This document shows positions 34,003-42,969 of a stretch of DNA of 64,000 bases, one piece after another (positions within the stretch are counted from its first letter, which is position 1; the number at the start of each line of letters is the position of its first letter). The stretch covers positions 179-64,178 of the forward strand of contig CBDVDV010000002.1 of assembly GCA_965372835.1 (NCBI GenBank), read 5' to 3'. The DNA comes from an uncultured bacterium. Lineage in GTDB: Bacteria; Planctomycetota; DG-23; CBDVDV01. Both the position numbers and the translations under genes were made by a program. Under the pieces are notes generated by a model that ran no database searches, was not told the origin of the DNA, and saw only the letters and a list, made by a program, of their open reading frames with translations.

Positions 34003-34392
34003 ATGCCTCGACTCGTTGGTGTGGACATTCCTGCGAAGAAGCACATCGTCATAGCCCTGACCTACATTCTCGGTATCGGGCACTCGACCTCCCGCCGGGC
34101 CTGCCAGGAGACCGGCATCGACCCGGAGAAGCGGGCCAACGACCTGAGCGACGACGAACTCTCATCGCTCGCCGGCTACATCGAGCGCCACCTGGTTGTG
34201 GAGGGGGCCCTGCGTCGTCAGGTGGCACAGAACGTCTCTCGGCTGCGGGAGATCGATTGCTACCGCGGCCTGAGGCACCGCCTGGGGCTGCCGGTGCGTG
34301 GCCAGCGGACCCGGACCAACGCCCGCACCCGCAAGGGACCCCGACGGACGGTGGCCGGCAAGAAGGGCGTCAAGGAAATCCGTCGGAGTTGA
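34003..34392 (+). CDS. rpsM: 30S ribosomal protein S13
   Basis: 129 aa S13. Confidence 0.97.
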   Translation: MPRLVGVDIPAKKHIVIALTYILGIGHSTSRRACQETGIDPEKRANDLSDDELSSLAGYIERHLVVEGALRRQVAQNVSRLREIDCYRGLRHRLGLPVRGQRTRTNARTRKGPRRTVAGKKGVKEIRRS

Positions 34393-34425
34393 TCCATCCC
34401 CGGGGAGATTGCAGAGGAGAGTTGT

Positions 34426-34806
34426 ATGGCCAAGGTCAAACGCCGGGCGGCCCGGCGGAACGTCCCCAGAGCCGTCGCCCACATCAAGGCGACCTTTAAC
34501 AACACCCTCATCACCATTACCGACCTGAACGGCCAGACCCTGTGCTGGGCCTCAGCCGGCACCGTCGGCTTCAAGGGGTCGCGCAAGAGCACCCCCTTCG
34601 CCGCCCAGCAGACCGCCCAGGCAGTCGCCCAGAAGGCCCTGCGCTTCGGGGTCAAGGAGTTGGAGGTCCAGGTCAAAGGGCCGGGGTCCGGACGGGAGGC
34701 GGCCATCACCGCACTCCAGGCCGCCGGCCTGGATATTAAGGCCATCGAGGACGCCACTCCCATCCCCCACAACGGGTGTAGGCCCAAGAAGAAGCGGCGG
34801 GTGTAG
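34426..34806 (+). CDS. rpsK: 30S ribosomal protein S11
   Basis: 126 aa S11. Confidence 0.97.
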   Translation: MAKVKRRAARRNVPRAVAHIKATFNNTLITITDLNGQTLCWASAGTVGFKGSRKSTPFAAQQTAQAVAQKALRFGVKELEVQVKGPGSGREAAITALQAAGLDIKAIEDATPIPHNGCRPKKKRRV

Positions 34807-34863
34807 CCCCCGGCGGACGACCGGCGGAGCGGGTAGAAAGCCGAGAGAGCGGAGCGAGACAGT

Positions 34864-35502
34864 ATGGCACGGAACACCGGAGCGAGTTGTCGGCTGTGCC
34901 GGCGGGAAGGGACGAAACTCTTCCTCAAGGGCAGCCGGTGCGAGACGGGCAAGTGTGGGTTTGTGCGCCGACCCAACCCTCCTGGTTACACGCGCCAGCG
35001 CCAGCGTCGTCGGCGGGCGCGTCAGAGCGACTACGGCGTGCGTCTGCGGGAGAAGCAGAAGGTCAAGCGTTTCTACGGCGTGCTGGAGAGGCAGTTCCGC
35101 CGGTACTTCCGGGAGGCGGGGCGCCAGTCCGGCAACACCGGTGATAACCTGCTCGTCCTGCTGGAACGTCGGCTGGATAACGTCCTTTACCGGTCGGGGC
35201 TGGCTCAGTCGCGGGCCCAGGGCCGGGTGATCATCGCCCATGGGCACATTTGCCTGAATGGTCGGCGGGCTCATGCTCCCTCCCAGCTGGTCTCTCCGGG
35301 TGATCGGATCACCCTGGCCCCGCGGGAGCGGAGTCAGAGCCTGGTGGCGGCCAACCGAGCGGCCACCCAGGATCGCCAGCCTCCTTCCTGGCTGGCCCTC
35401 AGCGCCGAACCCCTGGAGGCGCGCATGCTGACCATGCCCACCCGGGATGAAGTTGAGTTACCTGTCCAGGTCGAACTCATTGTCGAGTTCTTGGCCCGGT
35501 AG
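34864..35502 (+). CDS. rpsD: 30S ribosomal protein S4 (zinc-binding)
   Basis: CRLCRREG..CETGKC cluster, S4 domain. Confidence 0.97.
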   Translation: MARNTGASCRLCRREGTKLFLKGSRCETGKCGFVRRPNPPGYTRQRQRRRRARQSDYGVRLREKQKVKRFYGVLERQFRRYFREAGRQSGNTGDNLLVLLERRLDNVLYRSGLAQSRAQGRVIIAHGHICLNGRRAHAPSQLVSPGDRITLAPRERSQSLVAANRAATQDRQPPSWLALSAEPLEARMLTMPTRDEVELPVQVELIVEFLAR

Positions 35503-35575
35503 CGCGGGCGCGCCCTGAACAGCGCGCGTTTCGTCAGCGAAGCGAGGAACTGTTGCCCTGTGGAGGGGAGCGGCA

Positions 35576-36577
35576 ATGCGGGTGCATTGGCGAGGCTTTG
35601 AGTTACCAAGTAAGGTGGTTTTGGAGGCCGAATCGGCCACCGCCAGCTATGGCAAGTTCGTCGTCGAGCCCTTTGAGCGAGGGTACGGCATCACCGTGGG
35701 CAACGCGCTCAGGCGGGTGCTCCTGAGTGGCATCGAGGGAGCAGCCCCCGTCTGGGTGCGCATCGACGGGGTGGAACACGAGTTCGATACCATCCCAGGC
35801 GTGCTCGAAGACGTGACCGAGATCGTGCTCAACCTGAAACACCTGGTGGTGCGCATGCATACCGACGAGGCGAAGCGGCTGACCATCGATGTGAACAGGT
35901 CGGGTGAACTGACCGCCGGTGACATCCAGACCGACGGCACCGTGGAAGTGGTCAATAAGGCCCTGCACCTGGCCACCCTGTCTTCCGAGGTCTCCGTCCG
36001 GGCGGAGATGGAAGTCCGACGGGGCCGCGGCTACGTGGTGGCTGAGGAACTGGGCCTGCCCGAAGACCTGCCCATCGGTACCGTCCCTCTGGACGCCATG
36101 TTCACTCCCGTTCGACGGGTGCGCTACGAGACGGAGAACACCCGCGTCGGTCAGCGCACCAACTACGACCGGCTCATTCTGGAACTCTGGACCGACGGCT
36201 CCGTACGGCCGGACATGGCCCTGGTGGAAGCGGCCAAGATCCTGCGCAAGCACCTCAACCCCTTCGTCCAGTACCTGGACCTGGGAGCCGAACTGCCTGA
36301 AGCGGTCGGCGAGCCGGGAGTCCGAGCCGCCGGCGAGGAACTGGAGCAGAAACTCTCCCTGCCCATCACCGACCTGGACCTTTCCGTCCGGGCCCTGCAC
36401 TGTCTGGAGGGCCAGGAGATCAAGACCGTCCGTGACTTAGTTCGCTACACCCCGGCCGAGTTGCTCGACGTGCGCAACTTCGGCCGCACCTCCCTGGCCG
36501 AGGTCAAGAGCAAACTCGAAGAACTGGGGCTCTCTCTGGGGATGGAAGCCACGGCGGAGGAAGTGGGGGCGGAATGA
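35576..36577 (+). CDS. rpoA: DNA-directed RNA polymerase subunit alpha
   Basis: 333 aa with NTD and CTD. Confidence 0.97.
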   Translation: MRVHWRGFELPSKVVLEAESATASYGKFVVEPFERGYGITVGNALRRVLLSGIEGAAPVWVRIDGVEHEFDTIPGVLEDVTEIVLNLKHLVVRMHTDEAKRLTIDVNRSGELTAGDIQTDGTVEVVNKALHLATLSSEVSVRAEMEVRRGRGYVVAEELGLPEDLPIGTVPLDAMFTPVRRVRYETENTRVGQRTNYDRLILELWTDGSVRPDMALVEAAKILRKHLNPFVQYLDLGAELPEAVGEPGVRAAGEELEQKLSLPITDLDLSVRALHCLEGQEIKTVRDLVRYTPAELLDVRNFGRTSLAEVKSKLEELGLSLGMEATAEEVGAE

Positions 36578-37107
36578 GACATCGTAAACATGGTCGAAGG
36601 CTGGGACGGACGCCCGCCCACAGGGCGGCACTGCGACGGAACCTTCTGCGCAACTTCGTACGCCACGGAGTCCTGACCACCACCCTGGCCAAGGCCAAAG
36701 AGATTCAGCCTCACGTCGAGAAACTGCTTTCCCTGGGCCGCACCCGGTCCCTGACCCGCATCCGCCGAGCGCTCGCCATCTTGGGCCACGACCGGGAACT
36801 GGTGGCCAGGCTGTTCGATGAGATGGGCCCTCAGTGTGCCGACCGGCCGGGCGGCTATACCCGTGTCCTGAAGCTGGCCAAGCCCCGACTGGGCGACGCT
36901 GCGCCCCGGGCTCGGTTGGAACTGGTGACCGAGGAACTCGCCGAACGGCCGGCGCCGCGACCGCGTCTCGACAAAGAGGAACCGCAGGCCGAGGAGGAAG
37001 AGGGCCCGGCGGAAAAGCCCGAGGCTGCTGAAGAGGCACCGGAGGCCGAAGCGGACAGCGAGGAGGCGACGGTCGAGAAAGAGCAGGTCGGCGGCGACGA
37101 TGAGTGA
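36574..37107 (+). CDS. rplQ: 50S ribosomal protein L17 with ~60-aa acidic C-terminal tail
   Basis: L17 core then EEPQAEEEEGPAEKPEAAEEAPEAEADSEE. Confidence 0.93.
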   Translation: MRHRKHGRRLGRTPAHRAALRRNLLRNFVRHGVLTTTLAKAKEIQPHVEKLLSLGRTRSLTRIRRALAILGHDRELVARLFDEMGPQCADRPGGYTRVLKLAKPRLGDAAPRARLELVTEELAERPAPRPRLDKEEPQAEEEEGPAEKPEAAEEAPEAEADSEEATVEKEQVGGDDE

Positions 37108-37519
37108 ATGCATCTTCTGCAAGATTGTGGCTGATGAGATTCCCTCGGCACGGGTCCACGAGACCGACCGGGTGCTGGCCATCCTCGATACCAATCCTGT
37201 GGCGCCGGGACACACATTGCTTTTGACCAAAGAGCACGTTCCCGGACTGCTCGAGGCCGACGCCGACCTCCTGTCGGCCCTGACCGAAGCGCTTCGCCCG
37301 GTGGCTCGCGGTCTGATTGCCGCGACCGGCGCCGACGGCTGCAACGTACTGTTGAACTCGGGGCGGGCTGCCGGCCAGCTCATCCAACACCTGCACGTGC
37401 ACCTCATCCCCCGCCGAACCGGTGACGGCCTGCACCTGGAGTGGCAACCGGGCCGCTACGGCGAGGGCGAGGTCGAGAACTACCGCGACCGCATCGCCCA
37501 GGCGATCCAGCAAGTCTGA
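37100..37519 (+). CDS. HIT-family hydrolase (histidine triad)
   Basis: HLHVHLIP histidine-triad motif; overlaps the rplQ end by 8 nt. Confidence 0.85.
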   Translation: MSECIFCKIVADEIPSARVHETDRVLAILDTNPVAPGHTLLLTKEHVPGLLEADADLLSALTEALRPVARGLIAATGADGCNVLLNSGRAAGQLIQHLHVHLIPRRTGDGLHLEWQPGRYGEGEVENYRDRIAQAIQQV

Positions 37520-37725
37520 CCCCGCCACCCCTGCCCTACTCCCATCTTGCCTTACGTTCGTACTGACGGCACCAGCTGTTGCTTTCGGGTGTGTTCTTTG
37601 CCCTCAGCCGCGAAGTCTGGATAGGTCGCCTGCTGCTGACGCCGGAGGAGGGGTGGCGGTCGAGCGGAACGTAGCACCGGCAGTTGCCGACGAGACGAGA
37701 GGAGGCCTGAGCGGCCCCGCGCGCG

Positions 37726-38145
37726 TCAAGGTGGTGACTGAAGCCTCTCGCGCAACTCCCGGGCCCGGAAGATGAGCTTCTCCGGATCCGGCTTGGTCAG
37801 GGGCTGCAGGACGACCTCGTAGGGGTGGTTTTCCTCGATGGTCAGGGGCCAGAGCAGGTCAAAGAAGATGTCCAGAGGGAAGAAGGAGTGGAGGGGGGCC
37901 TCCACGACGACAGTCTGCTTGGAGGTTTGGTAACCGTCTTTTCGCAGTACCAGTTCCCGGTGGCCGTAGAAGTTGAACTCGAAGGTGCAGGGCGTTTCCC
38001 CCCGTTCGACGTCGTCCAGGTAGATCCGAGCTCCCGGCGGGTCGCTTCGGACGGTGATAGTGCGCTCCACACAGCCGGCCAGGCTCATGCCCACGGTGGC
38101 GAGCAATGCCAGAACTGTCGCTTTCTTTCTTGCCGAACTTTTCAT
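37726..38145 (-). CDS. PEGA-domain lipoprotein
   Basis: Lipobox LAGC; PEGA-like SDPPGARIYLDDVERGETP. Confidence 0.65.
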   Translation of the reverse strand: MKSSARKKATVLALLATVGMSLAGCVERTITVRSDPPGARIYLDDVERGETPCTFEFNFYGHRELVLRKDGYQTSKQTVVVEAPLHSFFPLDIFFDLLWPLTIEENHPYEVVLQPLTKPDPEKLIFRARELRERLQSPP

Positions 38146-38615
38146 AGTTCCACCAGTTCCACCTTGAGAGTCTCCAGGTCGACCAGGGCTACGGTCCCCT
38201 GCTCCGTGAGCCAGGCGCCTACCTCGCCGGGGTTGACCAGGACCGCTCGGCCTCGCCGGCCTACCTCGCTGCGATGGGTGTGTCCCACCACCACGAGATC
38301 GGCCTGCGCCAACAGCGGCTCGGTGAGGTCCCCTTCCCGGTGAGCGACCAATACCTTTCGGCCACCCGCCTCAAAAGTGTGGGGCGAGTCGTGCAGATCG
38401 GGAACGATTCTTCGCAGCCCTGCACGCTCGCCGTCGTTATTGCCGAAGACGGCCACGATGGGGCCGTCGAACTTCGCCCACGCCTTCGCCGCGAAGGGGG
38501 CGACGAAGTCGCCGGCATGAAAGAGCACTTCCGCGCCCCGCCGACCGATGACCTCGACCGCCCGCTCGATCATCGGCAGGTTGTCATGGGAATCGGCGGC
38601 GACCGCTGCGAGCAT
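38142..38615 (-). CDS. YfcE/MJ0936-family metallophosphoesterase
   Basis: AADSHDN..FHAGD..VFGNND..VVGHTH motifs. ATGA overlap with the PEGA gene. The alternative longer start is 38708. Confidence 0.75.
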   Translation of the reverse strand: MLAAVAADSHDNLPMIERAVEVIGRRGAEVLFHAGDFVAPFAAKAWAKFDGPIVAVFGNNDGERAGLRRIVPDLHDSPHTFEAGGRKVLVAHREGDLTEPLLAQADLVVVGHTHRSEVGRRGRAVLVNPGEVGAWLTEQGTVALVDLETLKVELVEL

Positions 38616-38744
38616 GGCGTCGGTGCACCCTTTCGGCTCTGGACGCCCGAATACCCCCCTCCCCTCGCGGACGCCCGAAATGGTACCGGCCGTTCGCCCT
38701 GCGGTCAACGGAAAAGCAAGGGAACCCCGGTGGTGGGGCTTGGT

Positions 38745-40046
38745 TCACCAGGCCACAGGGTCGACCCGCGCTCCCTCCGGCGGCGCCATGGGGCCCCACA
38801 GGAGGGGGTCGTTCGTCTCTGTCTGCCAGCGTTCAAGTTCGCCGCGGAGCCTCCGGTAGACCTCCTCGTATTCGGGATTGCCGATAAGGTTGTTCATCTC
38901 CAGAGGGTCGTTTTCGAGGTCGTAAAGTTCCTCTGGGGGACGAACTTGCTCGGCCTCAGGGCCAAGTGACTTGGCGCTGAGGCTTCGGGCGATGTCGGTA
39001 GGCAAGGGCAGCATCGGCCGCTCTTCATAACTGCGGATGTACTTGTGGCCTTCGGTGCGGATAGCCCGCATGGGGTCGTAGATGTCGTGATAGGTCTTCT
39101 CGGCGTAGATGCGGTCTCGCTCCTGGTAGTCGCCACCGGTTAGCATCGGCAGGAAACTTCGCCCCTCCACGTTTTCAGGTGTTGGAGGGCCCGCGGCCTC
39201 CAGGATCGTCGGGAGCATGTCGACGTTACTCACCAAGTTGCCGTATACCTTCCCGCCCTCGAAGCCCGCGGGCCAGCGCATAATGCAAGCGGTCCTGATG
39301 CCCGGGTCGTAGAGCGTCGATTTCGCCCGCGGGAAAGCAATGCCGTGGTCGGTGGTGAAGATGACCCAGGTGTTCTGGGCGAGTCCGGTCTCATCGAGCG
39401 CCTGGAGCAGTTTGCCAACGCAGGCGTCGGCGGCGTGGATGAGACCGTGGAAGTCGCCGATGTCTTCCCGCACTTCGAGGGTATCAGTAAGGTAGCCCGG
39501 CACGTGGACGTCGGCCGGGTCGTCAGGGGTGTAGACCTCGGACTTGAAGTCGCGATGCACTTCGCTCCAGCCGACCATGGCAAAAAAAGGTTCCTGCTTG
39601 CCCGACGACGCTCGCCCCTTGAGGAAGTCCACGACCAGCGGTGTCACCAAGTCGCAGCGGAACGGCCGCTGGCGCTCGCTTACCCATTGGTACCCCAAGC
39701 GGGCCGGGTCGCCGGTTTCGTGCTGGAAGCCGAAGAGCAGCGTCTCGTACCCCCCTCCGGCGAGCAGTTGAGGCAGACACCGTTCGTCCGGGTTGAGCGA
39801 GAAGCCCCGGTGAGTCAGGCCGTTGAGGCCATTGACGTGAGGATGTCGGCCGGTCATGATGCTTCCCCGGCTGGGGCTGCACAGCGGGGTGGTGCAGAAG
39901 TAGTTGTCGAACCGCACCCCTTCCTCAGCCAGTCCATCGACGTTGGTGGTGCGAAGCGACGGGTCTCCGTAACAGCCCAACTGCGTCCCCAGGTCGTGTA
40001 GGATGATGAACAGCACGTTCGGTCTCGGCACCGGTGCTCCGCCCAT
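38745..40046 (-). CDS. Cys-type sulfatase (arylsulfatase family), no signal peptide
   Basis: CSPSRGS formylglycine motif, HDLG, FTTDHG. AAGGAAGG RBS. Confidence 0.85.
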   Translation of the reverse strand: MGGAPVPRPNVLFIILHDLGTQLGCYGDPSLRTTNVDGLAEEGVRFDNYFCTTPLCSPSRGSIMTGRHPHVNGLNGLTHRGFSLNPDERCLPQLLAGGGYETLLFGFQHETGDPARLGYQWVSERQRPFRCDLVTPLVVDFLKGRASSGKQEPFFAMVGWSEVHRDFKSEVYTPDDPADVHVPGYLTDTLEVREDIGDFHGLIHAADACVGKLLQALDETGLAQNTWVIFTTDHGIAFPRAKSTLYDPGIRTACIMRWPAGFEGGKVYGNLVSNVDMLPTILEAAGPPTPENVEGRSFLPMLTGGDYQERDRIYAEKTYHDIYDPMRAIRTEGHKYIRSYEERPMLPLPTDIARSLSAKSLGPEAEQVRPPEELYDLENDPLEMNNLIGNPEYEEVYRRLRGELERWQTETNDPLLWGPMAPPEGARVDPVAW

Positions 40047-40232
40047 GGTTGCCTTCCTTTCGTCGGGTCAGTCCTCTGAGGTCGATTATCAAGACGCCCT
40101 CCTCCAGCCTGAAGCCGTCACTTGATTTATCAGCGCTTTTCCGATAGTCAAGCGCCAACTGTGTGCGTGCTGCTATGCGCGGGCTGCCGATTAGCAGACG
40201 AAGGTGTGCGAAGAACCTGAAAGGGGCCTGCC

Positions 40233-41384
40233 GTGGCTGAGGAGAAGCGACCGAGTTGTGAGTGGCAAGTGGAACGTACGGTCCGCGAGAGGTGCAAGGA
40301 GTCCTCCACGGAGACGATCCAACTGACCAGTGCGCCGGTCATCCACAGTCATATCTACCCCGAGGCCCCCATCTTTACCCCGGACAGCCGATTCTTCGTC
40401 TACGCGCGGTTCGGGGCGCTCGATCAGCCTCGCCAGTACTGGCTGTGCGAGGTGGGGAACTGGCGACTGTACCGACTGACCCACGAGTCGCCGGTGAACG
40501 GCCCTGTCATCGCTCCCGATGGGGACCACCTCTATTACGTGTGGGAGAAGCGACAAGCCGTTATTGTCCTGGTGAGGCTCAACCTGTGGAGCCTGCTTCG
40601 GGAAGAAGTGGCCGTTGCTGAGGACGTGACCCGTCCGTACCCCCTGGGGACCATGTCCCCCGACGGACGATACTACGCCACCCGCGTCTTTCTGCCCGAC
40701 GGCACAGCCGCTGTCCTTCGATTCGACATCGAGGAGCGCGAGTCCCAGGTGATTCACTCCCATCCTGAGATCTTCAATGCTCACATGCAGTGGGAGCCGG
40801 GCCAGGGAAACGACATTCTCATTCAGCACAACCGCGGTGGCTTCCGTGACCAGCGTGGTCGGCTCCTCCGACTGACCGGCCCGGAGGGCGCGACGCTGTA
40901 TCTCATCGACGCCGACGGTGGAAACGTGCGCGCGCTGCCCATCGGCACGCCCCATACCCCCCGCATCCAGGGCCATCAGTGTTGGTTCGGCCGGACTGGG
41001 AAGGTTATCGCCACCCTGGGCGGCGACTTCGAGCGCGATGGCAAGAAAGGCAATCTGGTTACCATCGCCGAAGGTGAGGGGGCGCCGACCGTACTTGCCG
41101 GCGGGCCCTGTTTTTGCCACGTGAGCGCTTCGCCCGACGGGCGCTTTTTCATCTGCGACGAAAACCCGTCGGCGGACGTCTACGTCGGTTCGGCCGAGAC
41201 GGGTGCGTACAGGCTGCTCTGCCGATCGGGAAGCGTCTTCGGCTCACCTCAGTACACTCACCCACATCCATTCTTGAGCCCGGACTGCCGATACGCGTTC
41301 TTCAACTCCGTCAAGACGGGCATACCTCAGATCTACGGCTGCACGATTCCTGAGGGTTTTCTGGAGTCGTTGGCGGCTGGTTGA
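40233..41384 (+). CDS. oligogalacturonate-lyase-like beta-propeller protein
   Basis: 383 aa, GTG start. N-terminal pattern resembles the Ogl family. Repeated SPDGR/APDGD blades. Confidence 0.5.
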   Translation: MAEEKRPSCEWQVERTVRERCKESSTETIQLTSAPVIHSHIYPEAPIFTPDSRFFVYARFGALDQPRQYWLCEVGNWRLYRLTHESPVNGPVIAPDGDHLYYVWEKRQAVIVLVRLNLWSLLREEVAVAEDVTRPYPLGTMSPDGRYYATRVFLPDGTAAVLRFDIEERESQVIHSHPEIFNAHMQWEPGQGNDILIQHNRGGFRDQRGRLLRLTGPEGATLYLIDADGGNVRALPIGTPHTPRIQGHQCWFGRTGKVIATLGGDFERDGKKGNLVTIAEGEGAPTVLAGGPCFCHVSASPDGRFFICDENPSADVYVGSAETGAYRLLCRSGSVFGSPQYTHPHPFLSPDCRYAFFNSVKTGIPQIYGCTIPEGFLESLAAG

Positions 41385-41410
41385 AGTACGCCGACAAAAG
41401 GGGAAAGCAC

Positions 41411-41504
41411 TGGCGGAGAGGCCGGGATTCGAACCCGGGGAAGAGGCTTATACCCCTTCAACGGTTTAGCAAACCGTCGCTTTCAACCACTCAGCCACCT
41501 CTCC
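41411..41504 (-). tRNA. tRNA-Ser (anticodon GCT)
   Basis: Reverse complement folds with acceptor GGAGAGG/CCTCTCC, anticodon loop TTGCTAA, long variable arm, T-loop TTCGAAT, CCA encoded. Confidence 0.8.
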
Positions 41505-41576
41505 GAGGGCCTGCGTGGTAGTCTCAGTATAACAGTCGCCATCTCTGCGGGCAAGGGCGCTTTGCCAGAAGTTCTC

Positions 41577-41668
41577 TGGCGGAGGGAGAGGGATTCGAAC
41601 CCCCGGTCCACCTTACGGCGGACAACGGTTTTCAAGACCGTCGCCTTCGTCCACTCGGCCATCCCTCC
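41577..41668 (-). tRNA. tRNA-Ser (anticodon TGA)
   Basis: Acceptor GGAGGGA/TCCCTCC, anticodon loop CTTGAAA, long variable arm, CCA encoded. Confidence 0.8.
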
Positions 41669-41952
41669 GGCCGGCGCCTGCGTCATCCCCCAAAGAGAGA
41701 CGCGCCTACACCGACAGAGGCATTCACCACGGTCTGCTTCTCCGGCCAGGGCCCGCGAGCAGACATTCTTCATATCGGCGAGCCCGCTTGCGCACCAAAT
41801 CAAAAGTATCACTCCTGGCTGCTACTGGCAACCCTTTTCCCCACCAAAGACAGCGCCGCTCAGCCTCATAATAGGAGGCTGCACGCACTCCCGTAAGGTC
41901 AGGCCCACACGCTAACCCCGTTGGCGCTCACCAGGCAGAAGTGAGTGTAAGG

Positions 41953-42969
41953 TCACCCAGTGGCCAGCGCCTTGACCACCTGCTCCAGGTTCTCACGCGG
42001 GGTGCCGGGGGAGATGTCGCAGCCACTGCTGTAGATCCAGGAGCCCTGTCCTTCGACCGCACGGCGAAGTTCGCGGGTGCTTCGGTCGATGACCTCCGGG
42101 GTGCCGAAGGCAAAGACGGCACTGGGGTCCAGGTTCCCGCGGAGCACGGCCCGCGCCCGGTTCGCTTTTAGGACCTGCGCGGGTGAGACCTGGTGGTCGA
42201 TGTCCACCAGGTTGACGCCCGTCGAAAGCACGTCCTCAAAGATGGGAAGGATGTTCCCGCAGATGTGGACTCCCACCGCCGACCAGCCCGCCTGGCAAAG
42301 TTCGCCGACGACCCGGCGATGGTGGTCGAGCACCAGGCTTCGGTAGGTCGCGGGCGGGATGAAGTTAGGTGAGCAGGTGGCTTCGCCCAGCACCACGGCA
42401 TGGGCGCCCGTCTCCCGGAAGGCGAGGCCACATTTGAGCGTGATCTCTCCGGTGAAATCGAGCACCTCAGCAAGCAGCCCCGGTGACGTCAGCGTGTCCA
42501 TGAGCACCATTTCCACCCCACGCAGTTGAGCGGCCATGAGGAAGGGACCCCGCAGCGTGACGACGACCAAAGCCTCCTTGCCGATTGTTTCCACCACCCG
42601 CTCCACAGCCCGGCGAAACATGGGGAACCGACCTCGTTGGAGAACATCGATGTCCCGCAGCCGATTCAGGTTCGCGGGGTCCGCGAGCAAGCGCTCCTGG
42701 AGCACCGGCGCGCCATCAGCAGGCTGATGGACACGGGCGCCCAGGGCTTCGGGCTCTGCGGTCACCCCAAGCGACAGTTGCACCCCGTCGTAGCCGAAGG
42801 TTCGGTAGCCCCGGATGATGGTCTCGGCCATGACCTGGGCGTCGGTGAAGAATCGGCTCAGGGGGACGCCGAACATCCGGGCCAACCCCGAGTGGACGAT
42901 GGGCACAATGGGTGTGCGGTCAGGCTGCCCACCGGCAAGGACAGCCTGCACCCGCTGGAGTCCTGTCAT
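41953..42969 (-). CDS. uroporphyrinogen decarboxylase (URO-D) family protein, paralog 1
   Basis: 338 aa. MTGLQRVQAVLAGGQPDRTP.. N-terminus and URO-D-like C-terminus. ATGA-coupled to the upstream enolase-family gene. Confidence 0.65.
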   Translation of the reverse strand: MTGLQRVQAVLAGGQPDRTPIVPIVHSGLARMFGVPLSRFFTDAQVMAETIIRGYRTFGYDGVQLSLGVTAEPEALGARVHQPADGAPVLQERLLADPANLNRLRDIDVLQRGRFPMFRRAVERVVETIGKEALVVVTLRGPFLMAAQLRGVEMVLMDTLTSPGLLAEVLDFTGEITLKCGLAFRETGAHAVVLGEATCSPNFIPPATYRSLVLDHHRRVVGELCQAGWSAVGVHICGNILPIFEDVLSTGVNLVDIDHQVSPAQVLKANRARAVLRGNLDPSAVFAFGTPEVIDRSTRELRRAVEGQGSWIYSSGCDISPGTPRENLEQVVKALATG

